NCBI GenBank assembly: GCA_965112735.1
Contig: OZ218953.1
Span: forward strand, 3,596,001 to 3,660,000
Length of the DNA stretch: 64,000 nucleotides
Direction of reading: 5' to 3'
DNA from: Phaeosaccion multiseriatum
Lineage: Eukaryota > Protista > Ochrophyta, other classes
Position numbers and translations under genes: made by a program. This document shows, in pieces, positions 35,724 to 48,237 of the stretch; position 1 is the first letter of the stretch, and each line of letters opens with the position of its first letter. The notes below the pieces were generated by a model that had not been told where the DNA came from, ran no database searches, and saw only the letters and a list, made by a program, of their open reading frames with translations.

Positions 35724-35986
35724 CCTTTGGGTGTGTGAGAGAGAACACCACCAACCGCACCGAGCGGCAATTGGGCGTACCACCAACCCGCCCACCTGCA
35801 CCCGCCCCCCTCCCACCCTTCCCCCTCCTCTCAATAGATCCTCAATAAAATCCCCTCCTCTCTCTTTCTCTCCTCCTCCCTTCTCCTCTCCCCTCTACGT
35901 TCTGGCCATCGATCTCTCGTTGGTATTCGATAAGGTGTCGATAAGGTATTAGAGGGACTTGGGTGGGTCCTGTGGGGGTCTTCCCC

Positions 35987-37167
35987 ATGGCTTCCGAGGC
36001 GGGGAGTAGCGAGAACGTGCTGGACGTGGAGAGCGTGATATATGGGTACGACTCTCGATTTCCGGCAAACTCGCAGGTTCCCAGGACTGTGAGTCTTCCA
36101 TGGGTTTCCCTCCTTACACCCGGGTCTCCGGCGCATCCGCACCAGCAGCAGCAGCAGCAGGAGGAGGAACAGGAGAAACAGGAGGACAAGGTGGACGGTG
36201 ACGGGGGATTGGTGCTAGAGGTTGTGGTGAGCTCTGTGATGGGCTTTCTCACGGTGCAAGAGGTGCTGACAGGGCTGGCCGGGAGTGCTGCGTACCGCAA
36301 GGTCGTCCATCACCTCGAGGGGCTGAGGAAGCAGAGCCCGCTGCCCTCCGGTGGCGCCTGTGAGTCCCCTACCGCATCGTATGAGAAGAGCCCACTCCAC
36401 GAGCAGAACCAGCAGGAGAAGCAGCAGCGGCAGCAGCAGCGGCGGCTCCGTCGAGCGAGGCATGTCACCCTCTCCTGCGATCCGTGGGTGTGTGCCGGAC
36501 CCGACATCAGCTGGAGCAGACGGCTCAACAGCCTCGAAAAGCTCTTCGTGGAGCTAAGCACCGCCAACGCCGTGCTCAGGTCGGTCTGTCGGTCGGTCGG
36601 TTCTGTTTATCATCACGAGGCGGAGGCATGCCCATGGACATGGACTCGATTGGCTCTATCCTAACCTCTCTCGGCCTTGGCCTTGCCCCCCTCTCTTTTT
36701 CGTCTCGCCCCTCGCTGCTCTCTCCTTCCTTCATGTGCTTTCTGTCTGCATCAACCACTCCATCCCCCAGCACCTTGGGCGGAGGCTACTTTTGCTGCCG
36801 GCAGACCGCTCAGGCCATCCATATCGCGGCCACGCAAGCCATCCTAGCGGGGCAGATGGGCGACGAACAGGCACGCAGCAAGCACGTTCTCAACACCGCC
36901 TATAGCCTCATCTGGCTGGGTCGCTACAGAGCAGCCAGGGCCATCATCAGGGCGGAGAAGCGGAACAGGGAGGCCGCCGGAGACGCAGACCTTGCCCGTA
37001 GCGCTGCCATCGCCCTCCTCTTCCTCAAGCGCACGAAGCGGGCCAACCGCCAGCTAAGAGAGCCTGTCATGAAGCAGCGCTACAGAGGGGCCTCCATCAC
37101 CAGAGACGACTATTTCCGGGTCAGGATGCTGAAGCAACCGCAGCTGCTGGAACAGGCGCAACATTAG
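35987..37167 (+). CDS. DUF4807-like protein (STLGG motif)
   Basis: The spliced junction gives ELSTANAVL|STLGGGYFCC, followed by helical A..Q...A...GD..AYSLIWLGRYRAARAII. Confidence 0.7.
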
Positions 37168-37426
37168 CAATAGCAGGCTCGGCGGGGGGCGGTTGGTGTT
37201 CATGACTGGGCAAAGGAAGGGAGGGAGAAAGCAAGGCAGGGTTACTCACTTTGTTAGGTGGTTATCGGAAGAGGCGACGGACCGGGCCTTTGTCAAGGGA
37301 AAGGGAATCAAGGGAAGGGGAAAATTCTCTCCCCTTGCGAAACACTACTATTGGAGTCTCGAAGAATGAGGAGGAGGGCTTTCTGCAGGCAGTCTTTAAG
37401 ATGGGAGTATTTATAATGAACTGGGC

Positions 37427-37518
37427 CCCAACCATTGTAGACAAGTGTGCTCCTTTTGAGAGGGGAGGTGAAGAGAGAGTGCCCAACCATTGTAGACAAG
37501 TGTGCTCCTTTTGAGAGG
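37427..37518. repeat. Two 37-bp direct repeats separated by 18 nt
   Basis: cccaaccattgtagacaagtgtgctccttttgagagg at 37427 and 37482. Confidence 0.9.
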
Positions 37519-37543
37519 AAGAGAGAGTGAAGAGTGAAGAGAG

Positions 37544-37958
37544 TCGACCCCTGACACGCTATCGCTCACATTCTCGATAGCGCGCTATCGGCCGCCGGCC
37601 AATAGCGGATAGCGTGCCGGCTGGCGCCGGCCGATAGCGGATAGCGTGCCGGCTGGCGCCGGCCGATAGCGGATAGCGCGCCGGCTGGCGTCAGCTCTCC
37701 CCCCCCCCCCCCCCCCCGGTGCGGTAGCAGCTGACGCTGGCGATGGCGGATAGCGCGCCGGCTGGCGCCGGCGATAGCGGATAGCGAGCCGGCTGCGCGC
37801 CGGCGATAGCGGATAGCGAGCCGGCTGCGCGCCGGCGATAGCGGATAGCGAGCCGGCTGCGCCGGCGATAGCGGATAGCGCGCCGGAGATAGCGGATAGC
37901 GTGCCGGCTGGCGCCGGCGATAGCGTTAGCGGATAGCGTGTCAGGGGTCAGGGGTCGA
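37544..37958. mobile_element. MITE-like element, copy 2 (TIRs, tandem GATAGCGGATAGC units, poly-C core)
   Basis: Perfect 18-bp inverted repeat gacccctgacacgctatc / gatagcgtgtcaggggtc. The outer ends tcgacccctga / tcaggggtcga are flanked on both sides by agagag, a possible 6-bp target-site duplication. Confidence 0.75.
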
Positions 37959-38111
37959 AGAGAGCTCATGATACGGGTTTCCGCGACGAGGGTTTTCAAA
38001 TCTCTACCCCTTCCCTCCTTCACCCCTTCTTCTTGTACCCAGTTCAATGAGCTCCTTCCAAGCAGGCTGAAAGAACGAAAGAGAGGAGGAGGAGGAGGAG
38101 TAGTAATCAGG

Positions 38112-41100
38112 ATGGCGTACAACTTGAGATCTCGAAAGGGAAGGTCGGGAAAGGATAAAAACACGGGAATCACAGCTGATGATACCGCGGGAGGGGGAGG
38201 TGGGAACGTGTTGTTGCCTGCAGCTGGCGCTGCCATGGAGGAGGAAGAGGCGGAGGAGGAGGAGGAGGAGGAGGAGGAGGTCGGGGAAAACGGTGAAGAG
38301 GGGGCTTTGCTGCTGGGGGGGGGGGGGGACACGGCAGCGAGTGCAGGAGAGGGATCTAGTAAGGGGAGCGGCAAGCCTGGGAAGGAGAAGGCAAAGAAGG
38401 GCACGTTTTCCCGGCTGATGAAGGAGGCCAAGCCCGAGCGGAGGCGGCTCGGAGTCGCCTTCGGGGCGCTGATGGTGTCATCGTCCACCAACCTCGCCTT
38501 CCCCATGATCATGGGCAAGGTGCGTGGGGTGTGAAGGCGGGGGCTCGTGCCGCCTCAGCGTAGAGGGGAGGCGGGCGGGCCCTTCTTCTGGGGAGTAGTC
38601 GAGGTGCTGTGGCACTTTGCAGGCACTGGCGTTGGCTTGCGGTGGGGAGGGGACAACTGGATTTCCTAGCTCTAACTAACTCGTCCGTTGGGTCCCTTGT
38701 CTCCCCTGTATAGGTCATTGATAGAGCCACGCGCAGGCTGGTGGCTGGAGGGGGCGGCGCGGTGGGCCTTGGTGACGGCGCAGGCTCGGGAGGGTGGCTA
38801 GGGGGCGGGCTGGGGAGGCTGGACAGGTGAGCAGGGCCCTGGCTGGTTGGTGTTTGGCTGCTACCTCTGATCTGCTGTACATAAACTGCTTCCTGCCTCT
38901 TTTGTAGATACTGGTGCAAAGCAAAGCAAGGCAAAAAGCAAACCCTTCCTCCCTTTCTCATGTCCGTCTGTATCTGTCTGCCTGAACCACGAACCCCAAA
39001 ATGTATAGCCTGGGGGACCCAGCCTTCTTCGCCTGCGCCTTCGGCTTCTTTGCCGTGGGGAGCATGGCGTCTTGGGTGCGGACTGTTAACTTCGGCGTGG
39101 CCACGCAGAGCCTCAGCACCAGGCTGCGCCACGGGCTGTTTGGGAGCATCCTGAGCCAGGACACGACCTTCTTTGACGAACACAGAAGCCTGGCCCTTGT
39201 GCAGAATCTAAACGAGGTGAGGGAGATGGAGACGGAGATGGAAGTCAATGGCTGTGTAGGTGTTGGACGCGATGTGGAGACGAAACACGTGGTCCTCACC
39301 TCTTCGCTGCCATCGGTCGAACGACCTCTTTCCCATCCCTCCTCCTTCTTTTCCTCCTCCTCTTCGTCCTCCTCGTCCTCGTCGTCCTCCTCCTCCTCCT
39401 CCTCCTCCTCCTCCTCCTCCTCCTCCTCCTCCTCCTCCTCCTCCTCCTCCTCCTCCCCCTCCTCCTCCTCCTCCTTCCCCGTTCCCTGCGAACACCGCAA
39501 CAGGACGTGGACATTGCGGCCAAGGCGTCCACCGAGAAGCTGGCCAGCGGGCTACGCTCTCTCAACAGCGCCTTCAACGGCTCTCTGCTGCTGCTCTCCA
39601 TCTCCCCCCGCCTCACGGGCCTGACTCTGGCCATGCTGCCAGTGCTGGGCAGCTGTGCCATGCTCTACAGCAAGTTCATCAAGAGGCTTAACACGCAGCT
39701 TAGGGACGTTGTCGCCAAGGTGTGTAGTGAGTGAGACGGAGGCTACAAAGTGGTAAATGGACAGGCGAGGCTCCATCGCATGGGGAGGGAAGGGAGCTAG
39801 TTGTTGGACACACACTTTTTCTCTCAGTCTCTGTTGTCCTGCTTAGACTCGTCTCTCTCGCCCTCTTCACCGCTCACCCACTCCCTCCTCTGTCCTCTCT
39901 CCTCCTCCCTCCTCCTCCCTCCTGCTGATCACCATGACCCGTGCCTGTGCCCTCCCCTCCATCCTCGTCCCAATCAGTCTACAGTGTTCGCTGAGGAGCG
40001 CATCTCGCACGTCAAGACGGTACGTGTCTTCGCCCGTGAGCAGGACGAGGTCCGCGCCTATCGAGAGCTTCTCGACGCCTCCGGAGCGCTCGCCACTAGA
40101 GCCGCGTCAGCACAGGGCTTTTTCATGGGAGGTGAGAGGGGAGAGGGGAGAGGGGGGCGTAGTCGGGGGTCATTGGGCCTTGGGTCTCTTTGGTTCTCTC
40201 TCTCGGGAGGAGATGGAGGTGGATGGAGACACTGAGCCCCCCCTGTCTCGGCCGCGTCTCGCACCATGCCAAGTGGCTCATATCCCTTGTGTATGCCCCC
40301 TGTGCCCTGCCAGGCCTGAGCCTGACGATCAACAGCTGCCTCATCGCCGTGCTGTACGCGGGAGGCTCCTTCGTAGCCAAGGGGAAGCTCACGGTGAGGA
40401 GGGGGGAGGTGGGCACGTCTCTCCCCAACCCAGAGGGTGTAGGGGGGGGTTCTCTCAAGCTTCCCACCGCCCTGTTTCTGCCCCTCTTCTTCTTCTGCTG
40501 CTGCTACCCTTGACACATGCAATACTCCCCTCCCTCTCCCCTACAGGTTGGGCAGCTGACATCGTTCGCCTTCTACTCAGGCATGGTGGGGCTGGGCTTC
40601 AGCGGCCTCAGCTCATTCGCCGCAGACTTCGGGAAGGGGCTACTGAGCGCAGAGAGGGTCTTCGACCACATGGATAGGAAGGTGCGTGAGTGCGTGCTTG
40701 CGTGGGTGCGTGGGTGCGTGGCCAACGGCGCGGAGACGAAGGGCTCCCGTACGTCGTGTCCCCTCCCCCCCCCCCGTCCCTGCTTGTCGGCCTTAGGAGG
40801 CATGAAGTGTAAGAGGTGTTCCCTGCCTTTGTCTTCGCGACCCTCACGCCCCCACCCTCCCCCCCCACATACACACACGGGCACGGACCCTCACTTACTT
40901 CACTCCTTCCTTAGCCTCTGCGGGAGCTGGACGAGGGGCTGACGCTAGAGGACGTGCAGGGCCTCATTGAGCTCAGGGATGTTTGCTTTCAGTACCCAAA
41001 TAGGGACCAGGTGCGTGCTGGGGGGGGAGGGGGAGTCAAAAGTGTTTTGTGTGTATGGGGTACGTCTGATTGCAAAGCTCTCCTCCATTCAGTGTGGACT

Positions 41101-41171
41101 TGAGTATTGGGCAGCTTTGGGAGGAGTGGGAAGGGGTCTAATTTTTTTTTCTCTCCGTCTGCCTGCCTGCC

Positions 41172-41232
<61 letters not shown>

Positions 41233-42025
41233 TTCTGTCTGTCCGTCTGTCTGTCCGTCCTTTCTCTTCCCTCCCTTCTCTATCTCCGTCTCTCTGTATA
41301 TGTATCTCTCTCTGTGAATGTGTCTCTCCCCATTCCCCACCCCCCCGGGGCCATACATGCGGATACCCGATACCTGGTGTCAGATGGTGCTGAATGGCGT
41401 GAGCTTCGAGGCGCGGAGGGGCGAGGTGGTGGCGGTGACAGGCGCGAGTGGGGCGGGCAAGAGCACGCTGGCGGCGCTGCTGGTGGGCCTGTACAGCCCC
41501 ACGGAGGGGGTCATCATGCTGGACGGGCAGGACCTCGAGGCGCTCAACTTGTCGTGGCTCCGGAGACAGGTGCGGTGTCTCTCTCTATGAGAGGGGCGTT
41601 TTGTTTGTTTTTTACGTGATGGGCTGGAGGTCTCCCTGTGATAGGGAAGGGAGGGGCTTGTGTGTGTGTGTCGAGAGGAGGGATGCATCTGTGTGAGCGA
41701 GTGATCCGCTCCTCTCACTGCTGGTCGGGGATGAGAGGCCCCAGTGGCAGGCAGAGCATTCGCGCCCTGCTCTGCGCTACCCTTCCCTTGCCTGATTCTC
41801 TGCTCTCGCCGTCCCCGGCCCTCCCCGGCCATCCCCGGCTCTCCCCACATACGCGGACGGGAGCGAGCAGATCGGCGTGGTGGATCAGGAGCCCGTGCTG
41901 TTCGCAGGAACCATCGCCGAGAACATCAAGTGAGTGGGTATGGGTATTGATCCGCTCTCTCCGGCCTTCTTTCTCGAGTGGCGTAAGCTGCGCTCTCTCT
42001 CTCACTCTCTTGGTCGAGGTTCGGG

Positions 42026-42100
<75 letters not shown>

Positions 42101-43331
42101 TGTCCTTCGACGTGGCTGGGGAGGCAAGGCAAGGCAGGCCAAGGTCACCACTCGCCCCTCTAGTGGCATCATCTCTGACAATTAGGCGGCTTTACCCCAT
42201 ATGCCTGCACCAGTCTCTACCAGCATGAACGCACTCCTCCTTCCCACTCTTCCCCGCTCCCCCCCGCTCCTGAGCCTCTCATCCTGTACCCCCCCCTCCC
42301 CCATGCCCTCCTCCACTCCCCCCCCAGGTACGGCGTGCCCGAGGCCTCGGAGGAGGACGTGGTGCAGGCGGCGCGAGAGTCCAACGCACACGACTTCATC
42401 TCGGCCTTCCCCGAGGGGTACGCCACCTTCGTCGGGGAGAGCGGCAAGCAGCTCAGCGGCGGGCAGAAGGCACGCGTCGCTATCGCACGCGCAATGCTCA
42501 AGGTGGGGCGACCGCGGGGCGGGGGAGGGGAGGGATGGGAGAACCGCTCTTCTCTCTCTCTCTCTCTCTGTCTGTCTGTCTCTGTCTCTGTCTCTGGGAA
42601 GGGGTGCGGAGCGACACTTACCGCAGTAGAGCAGCACCAGCCCTCCCTGTGGCAGTGTTGCGGTCTGCAGCCCCTTGCCCCAGCTCCGCTTCACACCGAC
42701 TCTCTTCCTCGTTCACCCTGGGCTGGGTAGGGCCACGACAACCCCCCCCCCCTCCCCCCTCGTTCCTATGCGCTAACTGCTTCGTGTGCCCTACTCGACC
42801 CTACCCTCGTGCATGTCTGTGTGTGTGTGCGTGTGTAGAACCCTTCCGTGCTGCTGCTGGACGAGGCCATGTCCTCTCTGGACGGGGAAAGCGAGCGCCT
42901 CGTGCACGACGCGCTGGACAGGCTCATGAGGGACAGAACGGCCATCGTCATCGCGCACAAGAGGAGCACCATAGAGCTGGTGAGGCGGGCAGGCGGGCAG
43001 GGAGGGGGGGGCGGGGGGCATGGGGCGGGCATGTGGGAAGTCAGGCAGGAGGGTGGGAGAGGGAGGGTGGAATAAGCGGCAGGGCTTCATCGGGGGATAT
43101 GCTTCCCTCAGCTCGTGCGACCTCTGCCCGACCTCTGCCCGACCGAATTGTTCCGTCTGTAGCCTAAACCCGCTCTAATTGTTATCCGATTGTCGTCTCC
43201 CGTGTCCCTCCCAGGCGGACCGCGTGGTGGTGCTAGAGGGCGGCATGGTGGCGGAGAGCGGCCCTTTCGAGACGCTCGTGGCGGGTGATGGCGTGCTGGC
43301 CAGGCTGCTGGCGGAGGGCGACATGCCGTGA
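38112..43331 (+). CDS. ABCB-subfamily half-transporter (ABCB10/Mdl1-like), ~13 exons
   Basis: TMD motifs: [19 protein letters not shown] and [18 protein letters not shown] motifs: Walker [11 protein letters not shown]-loop VDQEPVLF, signature [14 protein letters not shown], Walker B LLLDEA, H-loop IAH. Confidence 0.92.
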
Positions 43332-43390
43332 AGGGTGAAGGGGAGATGCTTTCTCCCCAGCAGTTGCTTCATTGGGTCTTGTAGCAAGCA

Positions 43391-43461
43391 CCGCGGTTGA
43401 GCCGACCCAGGAAGGCGCGCTCTCGCTCTGAGAGCCACATCTGCTGGCTGCAGCTGACGAG
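43391..43461. repeat. Dispersed ~70-bp repeat, copy 2
   Basis: Matches 1212-1282 with 3 substitutions. It lies between the ABC gene stop and the Nudix gene start. Confidence 0.9.
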
Positions 43462-43735
43462 GCGGCGAAGCCTGGTCAGGACGCCACGTGGCCCTATAAG
43501 AGGAATCGGATCACAGGCTGGCAAAAGGCTTTTTGAAGTTGAATTCGAACATACCCTCCCCCAACCCCCACCCCTTCGATCTCCCTTCACTGTGATGGGC
43601 CTGAGCCTCCAGCTCTTGACTCCGTTCTGGTGCTGCGGTATTGTTCCTCAAGCGTCGTCTCTTTGTCTTGACTCAACGCTCCTCCTGAGGAGAGGCGGCC
43701 CCACTTGGAAAGAGAACAGCTTCTCGCCCCTCGCC

Positions 43736-43930
43736 ATGGTGGATGGCTCCGGAGCAGCTGCGCATGCAGCACCTCCTCTTCTCCTTCCCACTCCTTCCGT
43801 TGCGCCTCCTTTGACCGAAGCCGACCGGGCCCGCTTCTATGGTGAAAAGGCCACCAAGGACCTTACGCTGGTGATCTGCAGAAGGACCGTGTCGCTGCGG
43901 GAGGAGGATGGTGGGGGCGGTAGCGGCAGC

Positions 43931-43985
<55 letters not shown>

Positions 43986-44921
43986 TCAGCAGCAGCGGCG
44001 GCGGCGGCGAAGAAAAGATGCAGCAGCAGATCCTGCTCGGACTGAAGAAGCGAGGCTTTGGGGTACGTACGCGAGAGGGGAATGCTAGTGGTGGAGAGAG
44101 CGAGGCAAGTGGAAATGTGCAGCGAGCAGGACCTTTGCTTTAGAGAAGAGAAACCGTGTACACGGCCCCCACTTTGCCTTCTTCGTCCTCCCGCGCGGCC
44201 ACGTCCTCAAATGCCCACTTGCCTCTCGGCGCTGTGCTGCCTTTGTTCGTTCACGTGACCCCCCCAACCCTCTCTCAGGAGGGCAAGTGGAACGGCTTTG
44301 GGGGCAAGCTTGAGAAGGGGGAGAGTGTTGAGCAAGCGGCGGCTCGTGAGCTGCTGGAGGAGTCCTTTCTGACAGCTACCTGCCTGGAGAAGAGGGGAGA
44401 CCTCACCTTCACTCTGGACTCGTACGCCTTTATCATGGTGAGGCCGGGGCGGGGCAAGTCCAGTGTGAGGCCTAACGGACGGGGGGGGGGGGGGGGGGGA
44501 GAAAACTTCAAAGGGGCGGGTGAGGTAGCGCGCAGGATACCGTGTGCCGTGGACAGGCGGAGGAGCGGGGAGAAGGAGGAGCGTTTGTTTGCTGGTGTCT
44601 GCTGCGTGTAAGTCCGAAGAGACAGAGGCATGATCCCACAGCAAGGGTCTTAACCCTCTCGCCTTCCCTCCCCCCCCTCCCCTCCAGCGCGTGCACGTGT
44701 TCGAGGCCGTCACGTACGAAGGGGAGCCCAAGGAGTCGGAGGAGATGCGCCCGCAGTGGTTCGACGTGGACTCCATCCCGTACAGGGACATGTGGGCAGA
44801 CGATCCCTACTGGATGCCCCTCCTGCTGCAGGGAAAGAAGTTCCAAGGAGAGTTTAACTATGGCGGCGAAAACGATGGCACCATCATACGCCACTGGCTC
44901 TGCAGCACCACCGCGGCGTAG
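43736..44921 (+). CDS. NUDT1: Nudix hydrolase, MTH1-like oxidised-purine nucleoside triphosphatase (3 exons)
   Basis: ILLGLKKRGFG|EGKWNGFGGKLEKGESVEQAAARELLEES contains the Nudix box. ESEEMRPQWF..IPY..MWADDPYW.PLLL.GKKF.G.F is characteristic of MTH1. Confidence 0.92.
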
Positions 44922-45423
44922 GAGAGAACCAATCTGGAGCGGGCGGTGAGCGGCCGCTGTCGGCGATGCTCGAGCCAGTGCCGATTTGTTCAACACTTGA
45001 ATACGAACCGGCAGTTTTTCCTTTAAAAATCCTTTTTTGGAATCATCAAACTGAGTTGGTTGCAGCCCCCTGGGAAACCCAAAACTGCGGCTCTCCTTGT
45101 TTCTCCCCCTTCCACCTGGAGCCTCCTCCATAAAGCTGGGCAGAAAGAGAGAAAGAGAAGGATATCAGGGCACCACCAGCAGCGAGGGTACAGGCGGAAG
45201 AGAAGGGACAAGAGCAGTAGTAGCAGTAGCAGCAGTACTCGCAGCACTGGCAAGTAGTTAGCCGCAGCAGCCGCGTCTTTTCTGAGCACAACACAATTTC
45301 CGCACCTCTTCAAGGTCTGGGTAAATTCCGGTGGATATCGATGGACAGTGGCGCAAGCGCAATGTCTTTCTTTTAAGAGGGGTGGCGGTCGGGGCAGGAA
45401 GACGAGGACAAGGAGACGAGACC

Positions 45424-46034
45424 ATGACGGGGCCCGTAACCACCAAACGCCAGCGGCTGATGAGCATAGATTTTGGGACGGAGGAAAAGGGTTTTGACGA
45501 TCATGATGTGAGTGGGGCCATCGAGCAGCTCCTCGTCGACGACCAGTTTGTGGAGCTTCCCTCTGTGGTGGAGCGCAACGCAAAGATCCAACTCGTCCAG
45601 CAAGAGCAGCAGCAGCAGCAGCATCAAAGAACGAGGATCGAACAGCCGCAAACCAGTTTGGGGGACACAACGAAGAACAGGCAAGATGGGGAGGACCACA
45701 ATTCTGCGGCAGGAGCCGCAGAAAGGGTGTCCGTGGTGGACGTGGGAGACGGGGAGGGGGAGGGGGGCGATGATGTGTCCCCGTATGACAACTTTGTGTC
45801 GTCGTCGGGCGCGTCGAGCCCGGTAACGGGGGGGGGCGATACCTCTTCCACCTCCAGTTCCATGGATATGGACGAGAATCCGGAGTGCGGAGAAGCCGGG
45901 CTCATGGCCATCCCCATGGACTTTCGGGCGAGGGGGGACAGCGTGGATTGGGCCGGGGCCGTGCGCAACAACACGGCCGCCATGACCTTTGACTTTTTCG
46001 GGGATGAGAGCATGGACGGGGTGTCTTCTTCCCC

Positions 46035-46074
<40 letters not shown>

Positions 46075-48147
46075 GGCGCGCGGGTCAAGAGGGAGAGGGG
46101 CGAGTCTTTGGGCTTCTCCAGCGTCCTGGGCAGTGGCTCAAATGGTACGGGTGGGGCGGGCGTCGATGGTGCCCACAAGGTGTCTGTCGAGTGTGAGGAA
46201 GTCACGGGAAGACTCGTGTCGGCAGTGCAGACACGCACCCCCGCGCTTGCCGCCACCCCGGTGCTGAGGATGGGCCACGACGGGTCCGAGGGCGATGACG
46301 AGGGCGAGGACGAGGAAGAGGAGGCGAACAACGGGGACGACGACGAAGCTGATGGGGGAGGAGACACGGACGACGTGGATGAGGAGGGGGACGACAGCGA
46401 CCTCGAACCGCAGCCCCTTGTGCGCTTGGTCACAGTGGACAGCAACGGAGAGGCGTGTGGTGCCCTGCCCACGCAGAGGCCCTCGCAGCAGCGCCGCCAA
46501 CACGTCAAGCAGCCCTCGCCGGCGAGGAGAAGAGAGGGGAGGGGGGCGCGCAGTCGCGATGAAGCAACGGACTGCAGGGCCACGCCAGCACTGTCAGCAG
46601 CACCATCAGGAGGACTGTCAGTCAAAGCAGCAGCTGCAGCAGCGGCAGCAGCAGCAGGAGGAGGAGTGGAGGGACTTTCGGCGGCCTCTGCAGCTCCTAC
46701 GAGGCAGACAAGAGCTTCCTCCGCCAAGCACACCAGGGCCTCCTCCACGGAATCCGCGTCTTCTTCTTCCTCTTCTTCTTCTTCCGCGGCCGCACCAGGG
46801 GCAGTCACGGGAACGAAAAAGTCCGCCCGAGCAGCTGCCATGGCAGCAGTCAAGGCGGCGGAAGCCGAGGCGGTGGCGACGGCGACGGCGGCGGTGGCGG
46901 CTGCTGCGGCGTCGGCGATGACGACGTCAACTGGTTCTTCCTCGGCCCAGCTGCTGCCCGCGTCCGTCAGCATCCCCGCCCCTGTGCCCGAGGCGGTCGC
47001 TCCCTCTGCCCCCACTCCCACTTCTGCTGTTGCGGCTTTCGCTGCTGCGGCTCCCCTCGGCGCGGCGGAGGCAGGGGTGGAAGTCATGCCCCCCCTCTGT
47101 CCCTACTCCAATAGCTCCAGCGGCATCAGCCCCCCGGGCTTCGTCGGCGCCTACTCTCCGGCCGAGAGGGCGCGGCGTGTGGCCCGCTACCTCGACAAGC
47201 GCAGCCGAAGGGTGTGGCGCAAGAAGATCAAGTACGACTGCCGCAAGAAGCTCGCAGACTCCAGGCCACGCCTCAAGGGCCGCTTCGGTAAGTCGTGATT
47301 GTTGTTTGTGAGCAGACCCATTTGTATTTGTCGCTGTTGCGTGCCTCGGTTTTTATTCTTGTTGCTGTTGGTCTCGTCTTCTATTTTATTGATTTTTTGT
47401 TTTTGGCCTGTGTATTCCTCCCGTCTTCTCCACCCCCCCCCCGCCTCTCGAGCCGATCACTGGTCTTTATACTGGTTGCGAGTCTCGTTTTTCTTCTCCT
47501 TCTCCTTGCTGTTGGTCTCCTCTCCCTCTCCCCCTTCCGCCTCTTAATTTTAATTTGGCCTGTTGTATGCCCCTTTTCTCCCCCCGCCGCTTGTCTCGTC
47601 TCTCTCAGTCACCAAGGAGGAGCTGGAGCAATACAAGGCTGAGAACGGCGGAGTGCTGCCGGAGGAGCTCAAGCGCCAAATGGGCATCTCCACAGAACCG
47701 CTCGGGAGCGACGACAGATGCGGCGCAGACAGCCCCGCAGACGTGTCCGACTACTTTAGCCTCAGCCCAGTCACCAGCGGCAGCAGCCAGGCCTCGGGGG
47801 GCAGGAAGAGGAATCGGAGCGGGCGCCGCAGCGGGGCGTCGGCATCAAGCAGGAAGCGGAGCCGCGGCGGAGGTAAGCAGCAGCTCTCGCACGAGGACGA
47901 CGACGAGGAGGAGGAGGAAGTCGACTCCAGTGAGCAGCAGCAACAGCAGCAGATGGAGATGGAGATGGAGCAGCCTCGGCGCAAGAACCGCAGTCAGTCT
48001 CTGATGGACTGCGAGCTGCTCGTCGACATGGACGACCACATCGGAGAGCTCCGCCTGCACAACCTCATGGCGGACCACGGCTCCGGAGCCGGGCCCCTTC
48101 CCACCCCTTCCTCCTCGGCTTCCAGCGGACTCGAGCTGCTGGCCTGA
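45424..48147 (+). CDS. CCT-domain protein (putative transcriptional regulator), 2 exons, largely low complexity
   Basis: GAYSPAERARRVARYLDKRSRRVWRKKIKYDCRKKLADSRPRLKGRF|V is a CCT motif. The intron at 47288-47608 is in phase. Confidence 0.88.
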
Positions 48148-48201
48148 GGCTCACCAGTGGCATGAGACAAGAGGCCCCAGAGGGGGCGTGCGACCTTGCT
48201 G

Positions 48202-48237
<36 letters not shown>

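Noticed and set aside
37427-37518. CRISPR-like repeat-spacer-repeat
   Set aside because: There are only two repeats, the 18-nt gap is low complexity, there are no cas genes and the context is eukaryotic.
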